From Coriobacteriia bacterium (GTDB taxonomy: Bacteria; Actinomycetota; Coriobacteriia; Coriobacteriales; Eggerthellaceae), in contig JAUNOE010000001.1 of the NCBI GenBank assembly GCA_030537255.1, forward strand, positions 11,397-75,396: a DNA stretch of 64,000 nucleotides, given 5' to 3'. The notes under the pieces were generated by a model, which saw only the letters and a program-made list of their open reading frames with translations, did no database searches and was not told the origin of the DNA. The translations under genes were made by a program, and so were the position numbers. Positions 45,114 through 55,065 of the stretch are shown here, one piece after another; the stretch's first letter is position 1, and every line of letters starts with the position of its first letter.

Positions 45114-46100
45114 CTAGCGTCCGGAGAAGGTACCCGTCTTGGCATCATAGGTAATGCCGTCCGCCAGGTAATCCTTCTTCTTCATCCAAGTAAGAACGTT
45201 GTCGACCATCTCCTGTTCGGGAAGCTGGCAGGTAGGATACGTGCTTACCTCATAGGTCTTGGCAATGGGTGCAGGCAAGGAAGCCTTTTCCACCAAGAGC
45301 TCGCGGAAATCGGAAGGCTTGGCGTTGATCTTCTCGACGGCCTTGTTCCAAGCTTCCTTCATGGCATCGACGGCCTTCTGACCTGCCTCGTCGGAAGCAA
45401 ACTTGGAGTTGACGATCATGACGGACTGGGAGATGTTCTTGCCCTCCGTGTCGTCAGCGACAACCGTAAAGCCGTTGGCCTCGCCCAATGCCAACAGGCT
45501 GGCAGGAAGAGCAGCTGCCTTTACCTGACCAGAAGCCATGGACTCATAACGCACAGGAAGCTTCTGCAGTTCTTCGGTCTTGATGTCGGAATCGGCGACG
45601 CCAGCGTCTTCCATCAGGGTGTCCATGACGTACTCAAGAATGGTATTGGAACCAACGCCTACGGGAACGCCTGCAAGGTCCTTGAGGCTCTTGATCTTCT
45701 TGTCGGCAGTCATGATGCCGAAGCGACCCTGGCTTGCCTCAGTTCCCAGGGTAATCCAGGAAATCTGAACGTCGGTGCCAGCGGCATACAGGGAAGCGGT
45801 CACCATGGGGTCGGTCATGGCCATGTCGACGTCACCAGCATTGACGGCAGCAATAAGCTCGGTTGCGGACTGGAAGACCTCGATATCGCACTCGACACCG
45901 GCATCAGCGAAGAGCTTCTGGTCCTCGGCGACCCACATAGGAAGAATGTCCTCGGTGGCAAGCGTACCCAGGGTTACCTTCTTGATTTCAGCGGAAGAGC
46001 CCTGGTCCTTTGCGTCACCAGATGCGCCGCAACCAGCCAAAACGAAGGCCATCGCAGCCAAGGCACATGCCATGACCAGGCTCGAAACGAACTTCCTCAT
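45114..46100 (-). CDS. ABC transporter substrate-binding lipoprotein (SsuA/NMT1-like)
   Basis: Lipobox LAGC after a hydrophobic signal peptide; first gene of the ABC operon. Confidence 0.9.
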   Translation of the reverse strand: MRKFVSSLVMACALAAMAFVLAGCGASGDAKDQGSSAEIKKVTLGTLATEDILPMWVAEDQKLFADAGVECDIEVFQSATELIAAVNAGDVDMAMTDPMVTASLYAAGTDVQISWITLGTEASQGRFGIMTADKKIKSLKDLAGVPVGVGSNTILEYVMDTLMEDAGVADSDIKTEELQKLPVRYESMASGQVKAAALPASLLALGEANGFTVVADDTEGKNISQSVMIVNSKFASDEAGQKAVDAMKEAWNKAVEKINAKPSDFRELLVEKASLPAPIAKTYEVSTYPTCQLPEQEMVDNVLTWMKKKDYLADGITYDAKTGTFSGR

Positions 46101-46438
46101 GTTCCTACCTTTCCTGGATGCCTCCCATAGGAAGGCTTGAAGGGTCTTGGGCAGCCCATCCACCCAGAGTGCACCCTTGTTTTCTTGCGCATATGAATCC
46201 TAAGGAATCCCTGCTGGCAGCTGCAATGAACAATCCTTCTTCAAGTGTCAAAACTGCCTGGGACATGAAGAGGAACACCAGGTCGGACGCAAACCAACAA
46301 ATTGCGGTGGTTGACTGCCTGCCGCAGCGGGCTCGATACCTGAAACGCCTATACTGAACGCAAACGTCAGCCCGAAGATCCCTTCGTTGCAGACCAAGGC
46401 CTTGGCCCCTGCACGCAGGAACAAACCAAGGAGCACCC

Positions 46439-47308
46439 ATGACCTCTCGCATCACCGCACGCACGGGCGTCTGCTGCGTGTTTGGCGACCCCGTCAAGCA
46501 CAGCTTTTCGCCCAAGCTTCACAACAAGGCCTTCACGAAGGCAGGGCTTGATTACGCCTATGTCGCCTTCACGGCAAACGAGGCCACCATCGGTGACGCC
46601 ATGCAGGCAGTGCGCACCTTGGGCATTCGCGGCTGCAGCCTGACCATGCCCAACAAGATTGCCTGCCTCCCCCATTTCGACAGGATAGACCCCACCGCAC
46701 AACTGATTGGTGCGGCAAACACCATCGTCAACGACGACGGCGTGCTCACGGGATACAACACCGATGGCTACGGCATGCTCAAGGCTTTCGAAGACATGGG
46801 GGTTGCCATCGCCGGCAACAAGATGGTGCTCCTGGGGTTGGGCGGCGCCGGTGCTGCCGTCGCCATCACGGCCGCAATGGACCACCAGCTGGGAGAGCTG
46901 GCGGTGTTCAACCGCAAGGGTGGCAAGTCCTGGGGCCACGCCGAAGAAACCGTCGCCCTTATCAACGAGCGCAGTGCCTGCAAAGCCCACCTCTACGACC
47001 TGAACGATCTCGAGCTCCTGCGCAAGGAAATGGCCACTGCCCAGATGCTAGCCAACACCACCAACGTTGGCATGGCTGACCTGGAGGGACAAAGCGTGGT
47101 TCCCGACTCTTCCTTCTTCCCTGAAGGCATGGCGGTGCAGGACGCCATCTACGCACCATCCGAAACAAAGCTCCTCTCACTAGCGAAAGAAGCAGGCTGC
47201 CAGGTGGCCAACGGACTTGCCATGCTCTTCTACCAGGGTGCCAAGCAGTTTGAGCTGTGGACCGGCCAGGAAATGCCCCTGACGGTGGCCGACCTGGAAA
47301 TGGACTAG
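46439..47308 (+). CDS. second shikimate/quinate dehydrogenase (YdiB-like)
   Basis: HSFSPKLHN, TMPNK, NTDGYG, GLGGAG and MLFYQG motifs. Confidence 0.92.
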   Translation: MTSRITARTGVCCVFGDPVKHSFSPKLHNKAFTKAGLDYAYVAFTANEATIGDAMQAVRTLGIRGCSLTMPNKIACLPHFDRIDPTAQLIGAANTIVNDDGVLTGYNTDGYGMLKAFEDMGVAIAGNKMVLLGLGGAGAAVAITAAMDHQLGELAVFNRKGGKSWGHAEETVALINERSACKAHLYDLNDLELLRKEMATAQMLANTTNVGMADLEGQSVVPDSSFFPEGMAVQDAIYAPSETKLLSLAKEAGCQVANGLAMLFYQGAKQFELWTGQEMPLTVADLEMD

Positions 47309-47479
47309 CTCCCTCACGCCTTAAAGGCACCCCGCGAAAACCAAACAAGCTAAACGCAAAGAAGGACGACCAGAGGGCCGTCCTTCTTCATTTTCAAAAC
47401 TGGCGATGCTTGCCGTCCCAATGTTTGCCGTCCGCCCTCGCACCCACCCAACAAACGCACGGGCAGACGCTCGGTGAGC

Positions 47480-48706
47480 CTAAGCCTGCTCGATGCCCAT
47501 ACCGCCCTCAGCGGCGAGGGCGTCTTCGTTGCTCATTTCCTTGATGCCGTGACGATCGGCGTAACCGGAAAGGAACAAGGTAAGGGCACCGTCGCCCGTG
47601 ATGTTACAGGCGGTACCGAAGCTATCCTGCAGAGCGAATACGGTCAGAACCAGGGCGGTAGCCGTGTCGCCGAAGCCCAAAACACCCGTGATCAGACCAA
47701 GGGAAGCCATGACCGTGCCACCAGGGACGCCGGGTGCGCCGATGGCGAAGACGCCCAGCAGCAGGCAGAACAGAACCATGGTGGAAAGATCAGGCAGACA
47801 GCCGTTGATCATCTGACCGATAGTCATGACGAAGAAGACCTCGGTAAGAACCGAACCGCACAGGTGGATGTTGGCAAACAGGGGAATGCCGAAGCTCACC
47901 ATGTCGCGACGCAGGGGAGGAACCGCACGATTCGCACCCTGCAGAGCAACAGCCAAGGTTGCTGCAGAGGACATGGTGCCAACGGCGGTCAAATAGGCAG
48001 AACCATACTGACGCAGAACCTTCAGGGGGTTGCGGCGAGCATAGGCACCTGCCGTGCCATAGAGGAAGGCCAACCACAGGTAGTGACCCAAGATGACAAT
48101 CAGAACCACGACCAGGAAGACGGGGAGCTGACGCGTGATAGTGCCCTCATAGGAAAGGCAGCAGAAGGTTGCGGCGATGAACACGGGGAGAATGGGGATG
48201 ACCACCTTCGTGACCACGGCCAAAACGATGCGCTGGAATTCGTCGAGCAACTGAGAAATCAACGTAGCGCGGGTCCACACGGCAGCCAAACCAATGAGCA
48301 CCGAGAACACCAGGGCACTCATAACCGGCATGATCTGAGGGATATCCAGCTGGAAAACCACCTCAGGCAGGTCCTTCAAGCCCTCGGCAGACGTGGCGAT
48401 GGAGAGATGCGGGATGATGCCGTAGCCCGCTGCCATGGAGCACAGAGCCGCACCGATAGACGAAAGATAAGCAATGGTGACCGCAACGCCCAGAATACGC
48501 GAGACATTCGAGCCCAGCTTCGTAATGGAAGGGGCGATGAAGCCGATGATGATCAGCGGCACGCAGAACGTAATGACCTGACCCAGAATATACTTCAGGG
48601 TGACGATGACGTTCATCACCTGCTCGTTGACGTACAAGCCGCCGACAATGCCCAAAACAACCGCCATCAACAGAATGAAGGGCAAGCTGGTTAGAACCTT
48701 CTTCAT
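47480..48706 (-). CDS. dicarboxylate/amino acid:cation symporter family protein
   Basis: TMSSAATL, NIHLCGS, APGVPGG and DSFGTACNITGDG motifs. Confidence 0.92.
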   Translation of the reverse strand: MKKVLTSLPFILLMAVVLGIVGGLYVNEQVMNVIVTLKYILGQVITFCVPLIIIGFIAPSITKLGSNVSRILGVAVTIAYLSSIGAALCSMAAGYGIIPHLSIATSAEGLKDLPEVVFQLDIPQIMPVMSALVFSVLIGLAAVWTRATLISQLLDEFQRIVLAVVTKVVIPILPVFIAATFCCLSYEGTITRQLPVFLVVVLIVILGHYLWLAFLYGTAGAYARRNPLKVLRQYGSAYLTAVGTMSSAATLAVALQGANRAVPPLRRDMVSFGIPLFANIHLCGSVLTEVFFVMTIGQMINGCLPDLSTMVLFCLLLGVFAIGAPGVPGGTVMASLGLITGVLGFGDTATALVLTVFALQDSFGTACNITGDGALTLFLSGYADRHGIKEMSNEDALAAEGGMGIEQA

Positions 48707-48850
48707 TGAGACCTCCAGATTCAGCACACTGCGAACGCGAACGCATCCGCGCTATCCCCACAGTGTTTAACGTGAAACAAAAGCCGAGCCCAGGCGTAGT
48801 GACCACGCCCGAGCTCGGCTTGACCTAAGTTGGGAGGATACCCCAAAGAC

Positions 48851-49531
48851 TTATGCCTTGGCTCCGTATTGCTCGTAATAGGCATCAATGGACGACTTCA
48901 TGGCGTCATCGATAAGAACCTTGCCCTGGACCTCACGGTTGTAGAGGTATTCCGTGACCTCGGACATGGTGACGATGGCCGCAGTGGGGAAGCCATACTT
49001 GTCAGAAACTTCGTCACATGCGCACTTCACGCCGCCCTTGCCCACTTCCTGACGATTGAGGGAAACGATAAGGCCCTTGATGTCGATATCCGCCGCAGCA
49101 GTGATGATGGGATGGGTCTCGTCAATAGACTTACCAGAAGTGGTGACATCCTCGACCATGATCACACGATCGCCGTCCTCCAGCACATGGCCAAGCAGGT
49201 TGCCGCCTTCTCCATGATCCTTGGCCTCCTTGCGGTTGGCACAGTACTTCACTTCCTTGCCATAAAGCTCGTGGTAGGCCATGGCAGTGACAACGGACAG
49301 GGGAATGCCCTTGTAGGCAGGACCAAAGACCACGTCAAAATCGTCGCCGAAGTTGTCATGAATGGCACGGGCATAGTAGAGACCCAGACGATGCAGCTGA
49401 TCGCCCGTCACGTAGGCGCCGGCATTCATGAAGAAGGGGCTCTGCCTTCCGCTCTTCAGGGTGAAGGAACCAAACTTGAGCACCTGGCTTTCCACCATGA
49501 ACTCGATGAATTCCTGCTTATATGCTTCCAT
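48851..49531 (-). CDS. pyrE: orotate phosphoribosyltransferase
   Basis: FTLKSGRQSP, GPAYKGIP, RKEAKDHGEGG and VEDVTTSG motifs. Confidence 0.96.
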   Translation of the reverse strand: MEAYKQEFIEFMVESQVLKFGSFTLKSGRQSPFFMNAGAYVTGDQLHRLGLYYARAIHDNFGDDFDVVFGPAYKGIPLSVVTAMAYHELYGKEVKYCANRKEAKDHGEGGNLLGHVLEDGDRVIMVEDVTTSGKSIDETHPIITAAADIDIKGLIVSLNRQEVGKGGVKCACDEVSDKYGFPTAAIVTMSEVTEYLYNREVQGKVLIDDAMKSSIDAYYEQYGAKA

Positions 49532-49633
49532 GTTCATTCCTTTCACGAACTGGTTCATGTCGCAAGTCGGACACCATTACAACACACCCCTCCCCTGGCT
49601 ACGACCAAGGAAGGGGCGCAATTAAAAGACTGG

Positions 49634-50977
49634 TTAGAATTCCAGGCCCTCGAGGCGATCAAACACGCGATCCTTGCGCGTGAGGAAGGCCCAGGGGTCG
49701 AAGATTTCGTCAAGCTGGTCGGCGATGGGTGCAGCATCAGGATCGGCCTCAAGACGTTCACGATAGCTGGGGCCATCAACGGCCTGCTGGATGTCATCCC
49801 ATACAGCCATAGCGTTGCGCTGAACGATGACGTAGGCCTCTTCATTAGTAAGGCCGGTCTGAACCAGGGCCAGCAGCACCTTGCTGGAGAAGATCAGGCC
49901 CTTGGTGCGCCACAGATTGTGCTCCATCTTGTTGGGATAGGTCTGCAGACCATCGAGCATCCACTGCATCTTGCCGAACATGTAGTCCAGGGCAATGAAG
50001 CTATCAGCCAAGGCAACGCGCTCTGCGCCAGAGTGGGAGATGTCGCGTTCATACCACAGGGCCACGTTGTCAAAAGCGACCTGGGTATTGGACTTGACCA
50101 CGCGAGCCAGACCACAAACGCGCTCTGCGGTGATGGGATTGCGCTTGTGAGGCATTGCCGACGAACCCTTCTGGCCCTTGGTGAAGGGCTCCTCTGCCTC
50201 GATGACGTCGGACTGCTGAAGCAGACGAACCTGCATAGCGATGGATTCCAAGGTGGAAGCCGTCACGGCCAGCGCAGCCATGGCGCCAGCATGGCGATCG
50301 CGGGCGATGACCTGAGTGGACAGGGGGTCAGGAGTCAGACCCAGCTTCTCGCACACAAATTCCTCGACGAAGGGGTCAATGTTGGAGTAGGTACCAACAG
50401 CGCCGGAAATGGCGCCCGTAGCGCTCATGGCACGAGCCTGCTCCAGGCGAGTCTGCGCACGCTTCAGCGCCCAGGCCCAGCTACCAAACTTCATGCCGAA
50501 AGTCATGGGTTCGGCATGAATGCCGTGGGTACGACCAACGCACAGCACGTCCTTCATTTCGAAGGCACGACGCTTGCAGGTCTCGCCCAGCTTTTTAACA
50601 TCTTCGATGATGATATCGAGCGCCTGGGTGACCTGATAGCTCAGAGCGGTGTCACCCAAGTCAGACGAAGTCATGCCGAAGTGAATCCAACGACCGGGCT
50701 TGGGGTCGCCCTCAGGGATGTCGGCGTTCACGTAGTTGGCCATGACGGTTTTGAAGGCAATGACGTCATGGTTGGTAACCTTTTCGATTTCGTCGATTTC
50801 GGCAACGGTGAAGTTGGTGTGCTCACGGATGTAAGCCGCCTCGTCCTTGGTGATGCCAATCTGGCCGAGCTCCGCCTGAGCTTCGCAAGCCAGGACCTCG
50901 ATTTCCTGCCAGATTTCGAACTTGTTCTGAAGTTCCCAGATAGCTCCCATTGCGGGACGGGTATAACGACCGATCAT
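49634..50977 (-). CDS. purB: adenylosuccinate lyase
   Basis: HDVIAF, GRTHGIHAEP and GSSAMPHKRNP motifs. Confidence 0.97.
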   Translation of the reverse strand: MIGRYTRPAMGAIWELQNKFEIWQEIEVLACEAQAELGQIGITKDEAAYIREHTNFTVAEIDEIEKVTNHDVIAFKTVMANYVNADIPEGDPKPGRWIHFGMTSSDLGDTALSYQVTQALDIIIEDVKKLGETCKRRAFEMKDVLCVGRTHGIHAEPMTFGMKFGSWAWALKRAQTRLEQARAMSATGAISGAVGTYSNIDPFVEEFVCEKLGLTPDPLSTQVIARDRHAGAMAALAVTASTLESIAMQVRLLQQSDVIEAEEPFTKGQKGSSAMPHKRNPITAERVCGLARVVKSNTQVAFDNVALWYERDISHSGAERVALADSFIALDYMFGKMQWMLDGLQTYPNKMEHNLWRTKGLIFSSKVLLALVQTGLTNEEAYVIVQRNAMAVWDDIQQAVDGPSYRERLEADPDAAPIADQLDEIFDPWAFLTRKDRVFDRLEGLEF

Positions 50978-51230
50978 CTGCAATCCTTCCCTTGCCATGC
51001 CGCCACCTAACGGCAAGGCTCGACTCCCAAAACACGACAGATTCGGATATCGATGCCGCCAGGCAGGCCAAGCATCGCCGAAGGGTTTCTTGTCATACGT
51101 AGTTCTTTGTCATGTTAGACCACAACACCCCAATCCTCCCTCGCAACAGAAAGATTGAAGATACAAAAATTGGGCACCCTACCAGAAAAATACGGCAGGG
51201 CACCCAAACAACTCACGAAGAAACGGATTC

Positions 51231-51911
51231 CTAGAGGCCCTTGATAACGCGACGGGCGATGTCGAGCTTGTCGGTATCAGCAGCAAGAATCACATGGTCA
51301 CCAGGCATGATACGCGTCTCACTTCCCACGACTTCAATATCGTCACCGTGGTTGACTGCCACCAAACGAATGCCATCGCGGAAGTATTCGTCCAGATCCA
51401 AGGCCAAGACACCCGTCTCCGAGCTGTTCCTCTTGAAGGTGCGCGGAGCCATGATGCTCTCGAGAGCCAAGTCGTCATTGGTAAGCGCGACGGCAACCGT
51501 CATGGAGCCCATGGTTGCCTCTTCCTGAATCATGCGGGCAATCATGCTGGTCGAAGAAATGCACTCGATGCCCAGGCGACGGAAAATACGCAGATTCTTG
51601 GGGCTGTTCACGCGAGCAACGCAACGGGGTACGCGATAGAGCCTATCGGCAATCTCGCACGCAGCCAGGTTGTCTTCGTCGCGGCCAGTGATGGCTACGA
51701 AGACATCAGCTCGGTGCACGCCAGCGCTTTCCTGGATGGTGGTTTCGCAAGCATCGCCGTTGATGATCAGCACGGAACCCTGCAGGTTTTCGGAAAGACG
51801 CTTGGCAATGACCTCGCTCTTCTCGATAAGCGCCACGTCGTTGCCGTCATCCAAAAGAACGCCAGCCAGGTATTCGCCAATCTTGCCGCCACCAGCAATA
51901 ACAACGTACAT
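51231..51911 (-). CDS. trkA: TrkA family potassium uptake protein
   Basis: GGGKIG Rossmann motif; RCK-N and RCK-C domains. Confidence 0.9.
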   Translation of the reverse strand: MYVVIAGGGKIGEYLAGVLLDDGNDVALIEKSEVIAKRLSENLQGSVLIINGDACETTIQESAGVHRADVFVAITGRDEDNLAACEIADRLYRVPRCVARVNSPKNLRIFRRLGIECISSTSMIARMIQEEATMGSMTVAVALTNDDLALESIMAPRTFKRNSSETGVLALDLDEYFRDGIRLVAVNHGDDIEVVGSETRIMPGDHVILAADTDKLDIARRVIKGL

Positions 51912-51920
51912 GACGACCTC

Positions 51921-52580
51921 CTATACCTGCATGTAGCGCGAAATCTTACCCGCCATGCCATGGCGCACGGCAACCAGGACGCAGTCACCCTGACGCAGCA
52001 CGCTCTTTGACGTGGGAAGCGAAGAGGTCGAACCATCCGCTCGCTCGAAGGCACAAACGCGAATGAGGTGATCCTTCTGAATTTCACCAACGGTGATGGA
52101 GCCCTTGCCCGTATCGGTCAGGTCCAAGGCAAACTGAAGGATTTCGTAATCACCAAAGGTGGTGATGTGATCACCCACGCCGCTCATGACCTTGGAGAAG
52201 ATTTCCTCGGCCACCAGGGCGGTGCCGCAAACGTAGTCGATACCCAACTGGGAATAGGTGCGCTCGTGCTCCACGTTATACAAACGCGCAATGGCATTGG
52301 GAACGTCGTAGAGGCGCTTGGCGATTTCGACACACATGAGATTCGCGTTGTCGCTCTGGGTAACGGCGGCAAGGAAGTCACATTCTTCGATGCCGGCATG
52401 CCGGAGCGTGGCTTCGTCAAAGCCCGCACCAACCACAGTTGAACCATTGAAGTCACGGCCGAGCGCACGGAAAGCCGATTCCTCGCGGTCGATGACGGTG
52501 ACGTTGTTGTCATAGCTGGAAAGCATAGTGGCCAGTCGGGAGCCGACGCGGCCACAACCAATCACGATGATGTTTCCCAT
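51921..52580 (-). CDS. trkA: TrkA family potassium uptake protein
   Basis: GCGRVG Rossmann motif; tandem paralog of the downstream gene. Confidence 0.9.
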   Translation of the reverse strand: MGNIIVIGCGRVGSRLATMLSSYDNNVTVIDREESAFRALGRDFNGSTVVGAGFDEATLRHAGIEECDFLAAVTQSDNANLMCVEIAKRLYDVPNAIARLYNVEHERTYSQLGIDYVCGTALVAEEIFSKVMSGVGDHITTFGDYEILQFALDLTDTGKGSITVGEIQKDHLIRVCAFERADGSTSSLPTSKSVLRQGDCVLVAVRHGMAGKISRYMQV

Positions 52581-52595
52581 GGGGGAACCTTCTCC

Positions 52596-53333
52596 TTAGG
52601 AAAGGAAGCGGTAAGAAACGGTGCGGGTGCCCCAGTCACTTACGGCGCTGCAACCAAAGGCCTTGTATACGCCAGGTGCCAAGTCCAGAGCGCGACCATA
52701 CTTGGCAAATCCGCCCGTGTCGGTAACGGTAGCAATAACAACCTTGCCGTCATAGCAGATCTCGCAGATCTGGCCTAGCCGCCAGGATTCGCTTTCTGGG
52801 ACGGCCACGGTGATGCTTTCGTGGCTCAGTTCGATCCCCGAAGCAGTGGCAGTGACGCCAAAGTTACCCTTGCCGTCGTCGTTGTCGGCAATGCTGTAAG
52901 CACTAGCAACACCCGTAGACCAGGTGCCATCGGCGGTGTCGGGGGCAATGTGCCTTGCGGTGGGCAGAGGATCAAGCGTGCAATACTTCTTTGCCATTTC
53001 GACGGCCTCAGAATTGGTTTCGTCTACGGCAAGGGGAACCACAACGGGTTCGGGGTCATGCACGGTAATGGAGCGCTGGGCTCCACGGGTAACGTCAGAT
53101 ACGTCAGACGTGGCCGTATCGGAAGTCTGAGAAAAACGCTCCGATGCGGAAAGCTGGGTTGAGCTGGACTGATTCTTACCCACGCCGATGGTGGAAGAAT
53201 CAACCTCACCAGAACCCTGAGCCTGGGTCACGGCAACACAGGAAATAAAAGCCAATACGGCAACAAGAACGACAAACGTCATGACGAATCCAGACGTGCC
53301 GCGCTTCCTCCTATGTGTCTTGGCTGCAGCCAA
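52596..53333 (-). CDS. secreted/anchored RlpA-like double-psi beta-barrel protein (lytic transglycosylase-like); start uncertain
   Basis: ASAY...TASG...VTDTGG...RALDL DPBB motifs; basic then hydrophobic N-terminus from TTG 53333 (GGAGG upstream); TTGTTG-N17-TATAAT promoter near 53470-53500. Confidence 0.8.
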   Translation of the reverse strand: MAAAKTHRRKRGTSGFVMTFVVLVAVLAFISCVAVTQAQGSGEVDSSTIGVGKNQSSSTQLSASERFSQTSDTATSDVSDVTRGAQRSITVHDPEPVVVPLAVDETNSEAVEMAKKYCTLDPLPTARHIAPDTADGTWSTGVASAYSIADNDDGKGNFGVTATASGIELSHESITVAVPESESWRLGQICEICYDGKVVIATVTDTGGFAKYGRALDLAPGVYKAFGCSAVSDWGTRTVSYRFLS

Positions 53334-53674
53334 AAGACCTCCGATGTCCTGGGTCCAAGCAGTCACAAACGTGGCTCTTGGCCTCCTTCCTTGCAGCATA
53401 TGAAGTGAAGATGTGGCATGTGATGCTGCAAGGCCTACGCGTTCCAACACGAGGCCGGAACTCACAGAATTATACCGTTTTGCCCCCTTTTCAACAAATT
53501 CGCAGCCCCCCAACCAAGCAACGAACAAAGTGAACTTGAGGTTGACCTGCATAAACCTAGAACCATTCACGGAACGACACCATCTAATGGCAAGGGATTG
53601 AACGCTTTCTCCGCAGCACGTTCAAACATGCGCACAAAGCGAGACGACGACCCGGCACCCCCCCTAATAGCAAA

Positions 53675-53702
53675 AAGAGCCCTTCTCGGAAGAAGGGCTC
53701 TT
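53675..53702 (-). terminator. intrinsic terminator after hypD
   Basis: AAGAGCCCTTCT / AGAAGGGCTCTT stem with a U-tract on the - strand. Confidence 0.8.
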
Positions 53703-53733
53703 CGACAGCAAGAGATGATTCGAACTAACGACC

Positions 53734-54819
53734 CTACAGATACCTGAAGTAGGCAGCACAGGAGCCTTCGGACGAAACCATGCAGGGACCCACAGGGTTT
53801 TCGGGTGTGCAGACCTTACGGAACAAGGGGCACTCGGCGGGAGTCATCATGCCGCGTAGCACGTCACCGCAACGACAGCCTTTGGGTTCCTGAGTGGGTT
53901 CCACTTCGGGCTCGAAGCGGCGGAAAGCGTCAAACTCGGCAAATTCGTCGCGGATGGCATAGCCGGAACCGGGGATGACGCCCAGGCCACGCCAGGTAGC
54001 ATCTACCGTTTCGAACACTTCCTCAATAGCAGCAAGCGCCACGGGATTACCTTCGGGCATGACACCGCGCGCATAGGCAATCTCGATTTCGGCACGACCT
54101 TCGTGCAACTGACGCATCAGCATGGCGATTCCCTGCAGCACGTCAACCGGCTCGAAGCCCGTGATAACGCCAGGGATGCCATACTTCTTCGCCAGGAATT
54201 CGTAGGGTTTGGCACCGATGATAGTGGATACGTGACCAGGCAGAATGAGCGCATCAACCTTAAGCTTCGGGTCGGAAACGATCACCTCAAGCGCTCCTGG
54301 CATGTTCTTATGAGCAACGAAGACGCTGAAGTTATCCAAACCCAGAGCTTGAGCACGTTTGATAGCCATGGCAACCAAGGGCGTGGTGGTCTCAAAACCA
54401 ACGCCCACAAAGACAACCTGTTCGTCAGGATGCTGCTGGGCATAGCGCAAGGCATCCAAGGGCGAATAGACGATGCGGATGCTGCGGCCCTGCGCCTGCT
54501 CCTTCAAGAGGCTCGACGTTGAACCAGGCACGCGCGTCATGTCGCCAAACGTGGTGATGGTGACACCCGGAATGCGCGAAAGGGCAATGACCGTGTCGAT
54601 GTCCTTGTTGGACGTGACACAAACCGGACAGCCCGGACCCGAAGCCAGACGCGTGCCCTCAGGCATCATGCCGCGAAGACCGTTGCGCGCAATTGCCACG
54701 GTATGGGTGCCGCAGACCTCCATCAAGGTGGCATGTTCAGGTGCCCACTTATGGATGGAAGAAATCAGACCACGGGCAAGTTCGGGGTCCTTAAACTTGT
54801 TGAGCTCGGCGAGGTCCAT
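53734..54819 (-). CDS. hypD: hydrogenase maturation protein HypD
   Basis: MEVCGTHT, GPGCPVCVT, GFETT, PGHVS and GPCMVSSEGSC motifs. Confidence 0.97.
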   Translation of the reverse strand: MDLAELNKFKDPELARGLISSIHKWAPEHATLMEVCGTHTVAIARNGLRGMMPEGTRLASGPGCPVCVTSNKDIDTVIALSRIPGVTITTFGDMTRVPGSTSSLLKEQAQGRSIRIVYSPLDALRYAQQHPDEQVVFVGVGFETTTPLVAMAIKRAQALGLDNFSVFVAHKNMPGALEVIVSDPKLKVDALILPGHVSTIIGAKPYEFLAKKYGIPGVITGFEPVDVLQGIAMLMRQLHEGRAEIEIAYARGVMPEGNPVALAAIEEVFETVDATWRGLGVIPGSGYAIRDEFAEFDAFRRFEPEVEPTQEPKGCRCGDVLRGMMTPAECPLFRKVCTPENPVGPCMVSSEGSCAAYFRYL

Positions 54820-54822
54820 GGT

Positions 54823-55059
54823 TTACAACCCTTCGACGTCAGCCAACTCAGGGATGGCGCGAATCAGCTCAAGTGTCTCTTCGGCATACTCCTCAGAGAC
54901 CACCTCGATGGCAAAACCAGCATGCACCAGGACGAAGTCACCCACCTTTGCATCGGGGGTGAGGTCCAGGGAGCACTCGCGGGTGACACCAAGAATGTCG
55001 ACCGTTGCCATATGGTCAGCAGCGATTTCGTTAATTTGAGCAGGAATAGCCAAGCACAT
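54823..55059 (-). CDS. hypC: hydrogenase maturation chaperone HypC
   Basis: MCLAIP N-terminus and VLVHAGFAI. Confidence 0.97.
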   Translation of the reverse strand: MCLAIPAQINEIAADHMATVDILGVTRECSLDLTPDAKVGDFVLVHAGFAIEVVSEEYAEETLELIRAIPELADVEGL

Positions 55060-55065
55060 GAGTCA

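Noticed and set aside
46101-46438. TPP or SAM riboswitch upstream of the ABC substrate-binding gene
   Set aside because: Only a short hairpin near the RBS; I could not find the CTGAGA (TPP) or SAM-I core consensus
48830-51010. 726-aa plus-strand ORF (likewise 29420..30745, 47474..48694, 61931..63283)
   Set aside because: Antisense shadows of pyrE/purB, lysA, the symporter and purA caused by codon bias
53334-53600. c-di-AMP (ydaO) riboswitch before the RlpA-like gene
   Set aside because: A leader hairpin exists (CCTTGCAGCAT/ATGCTGCAAGG) but the conserved ydaO motifs are not evident
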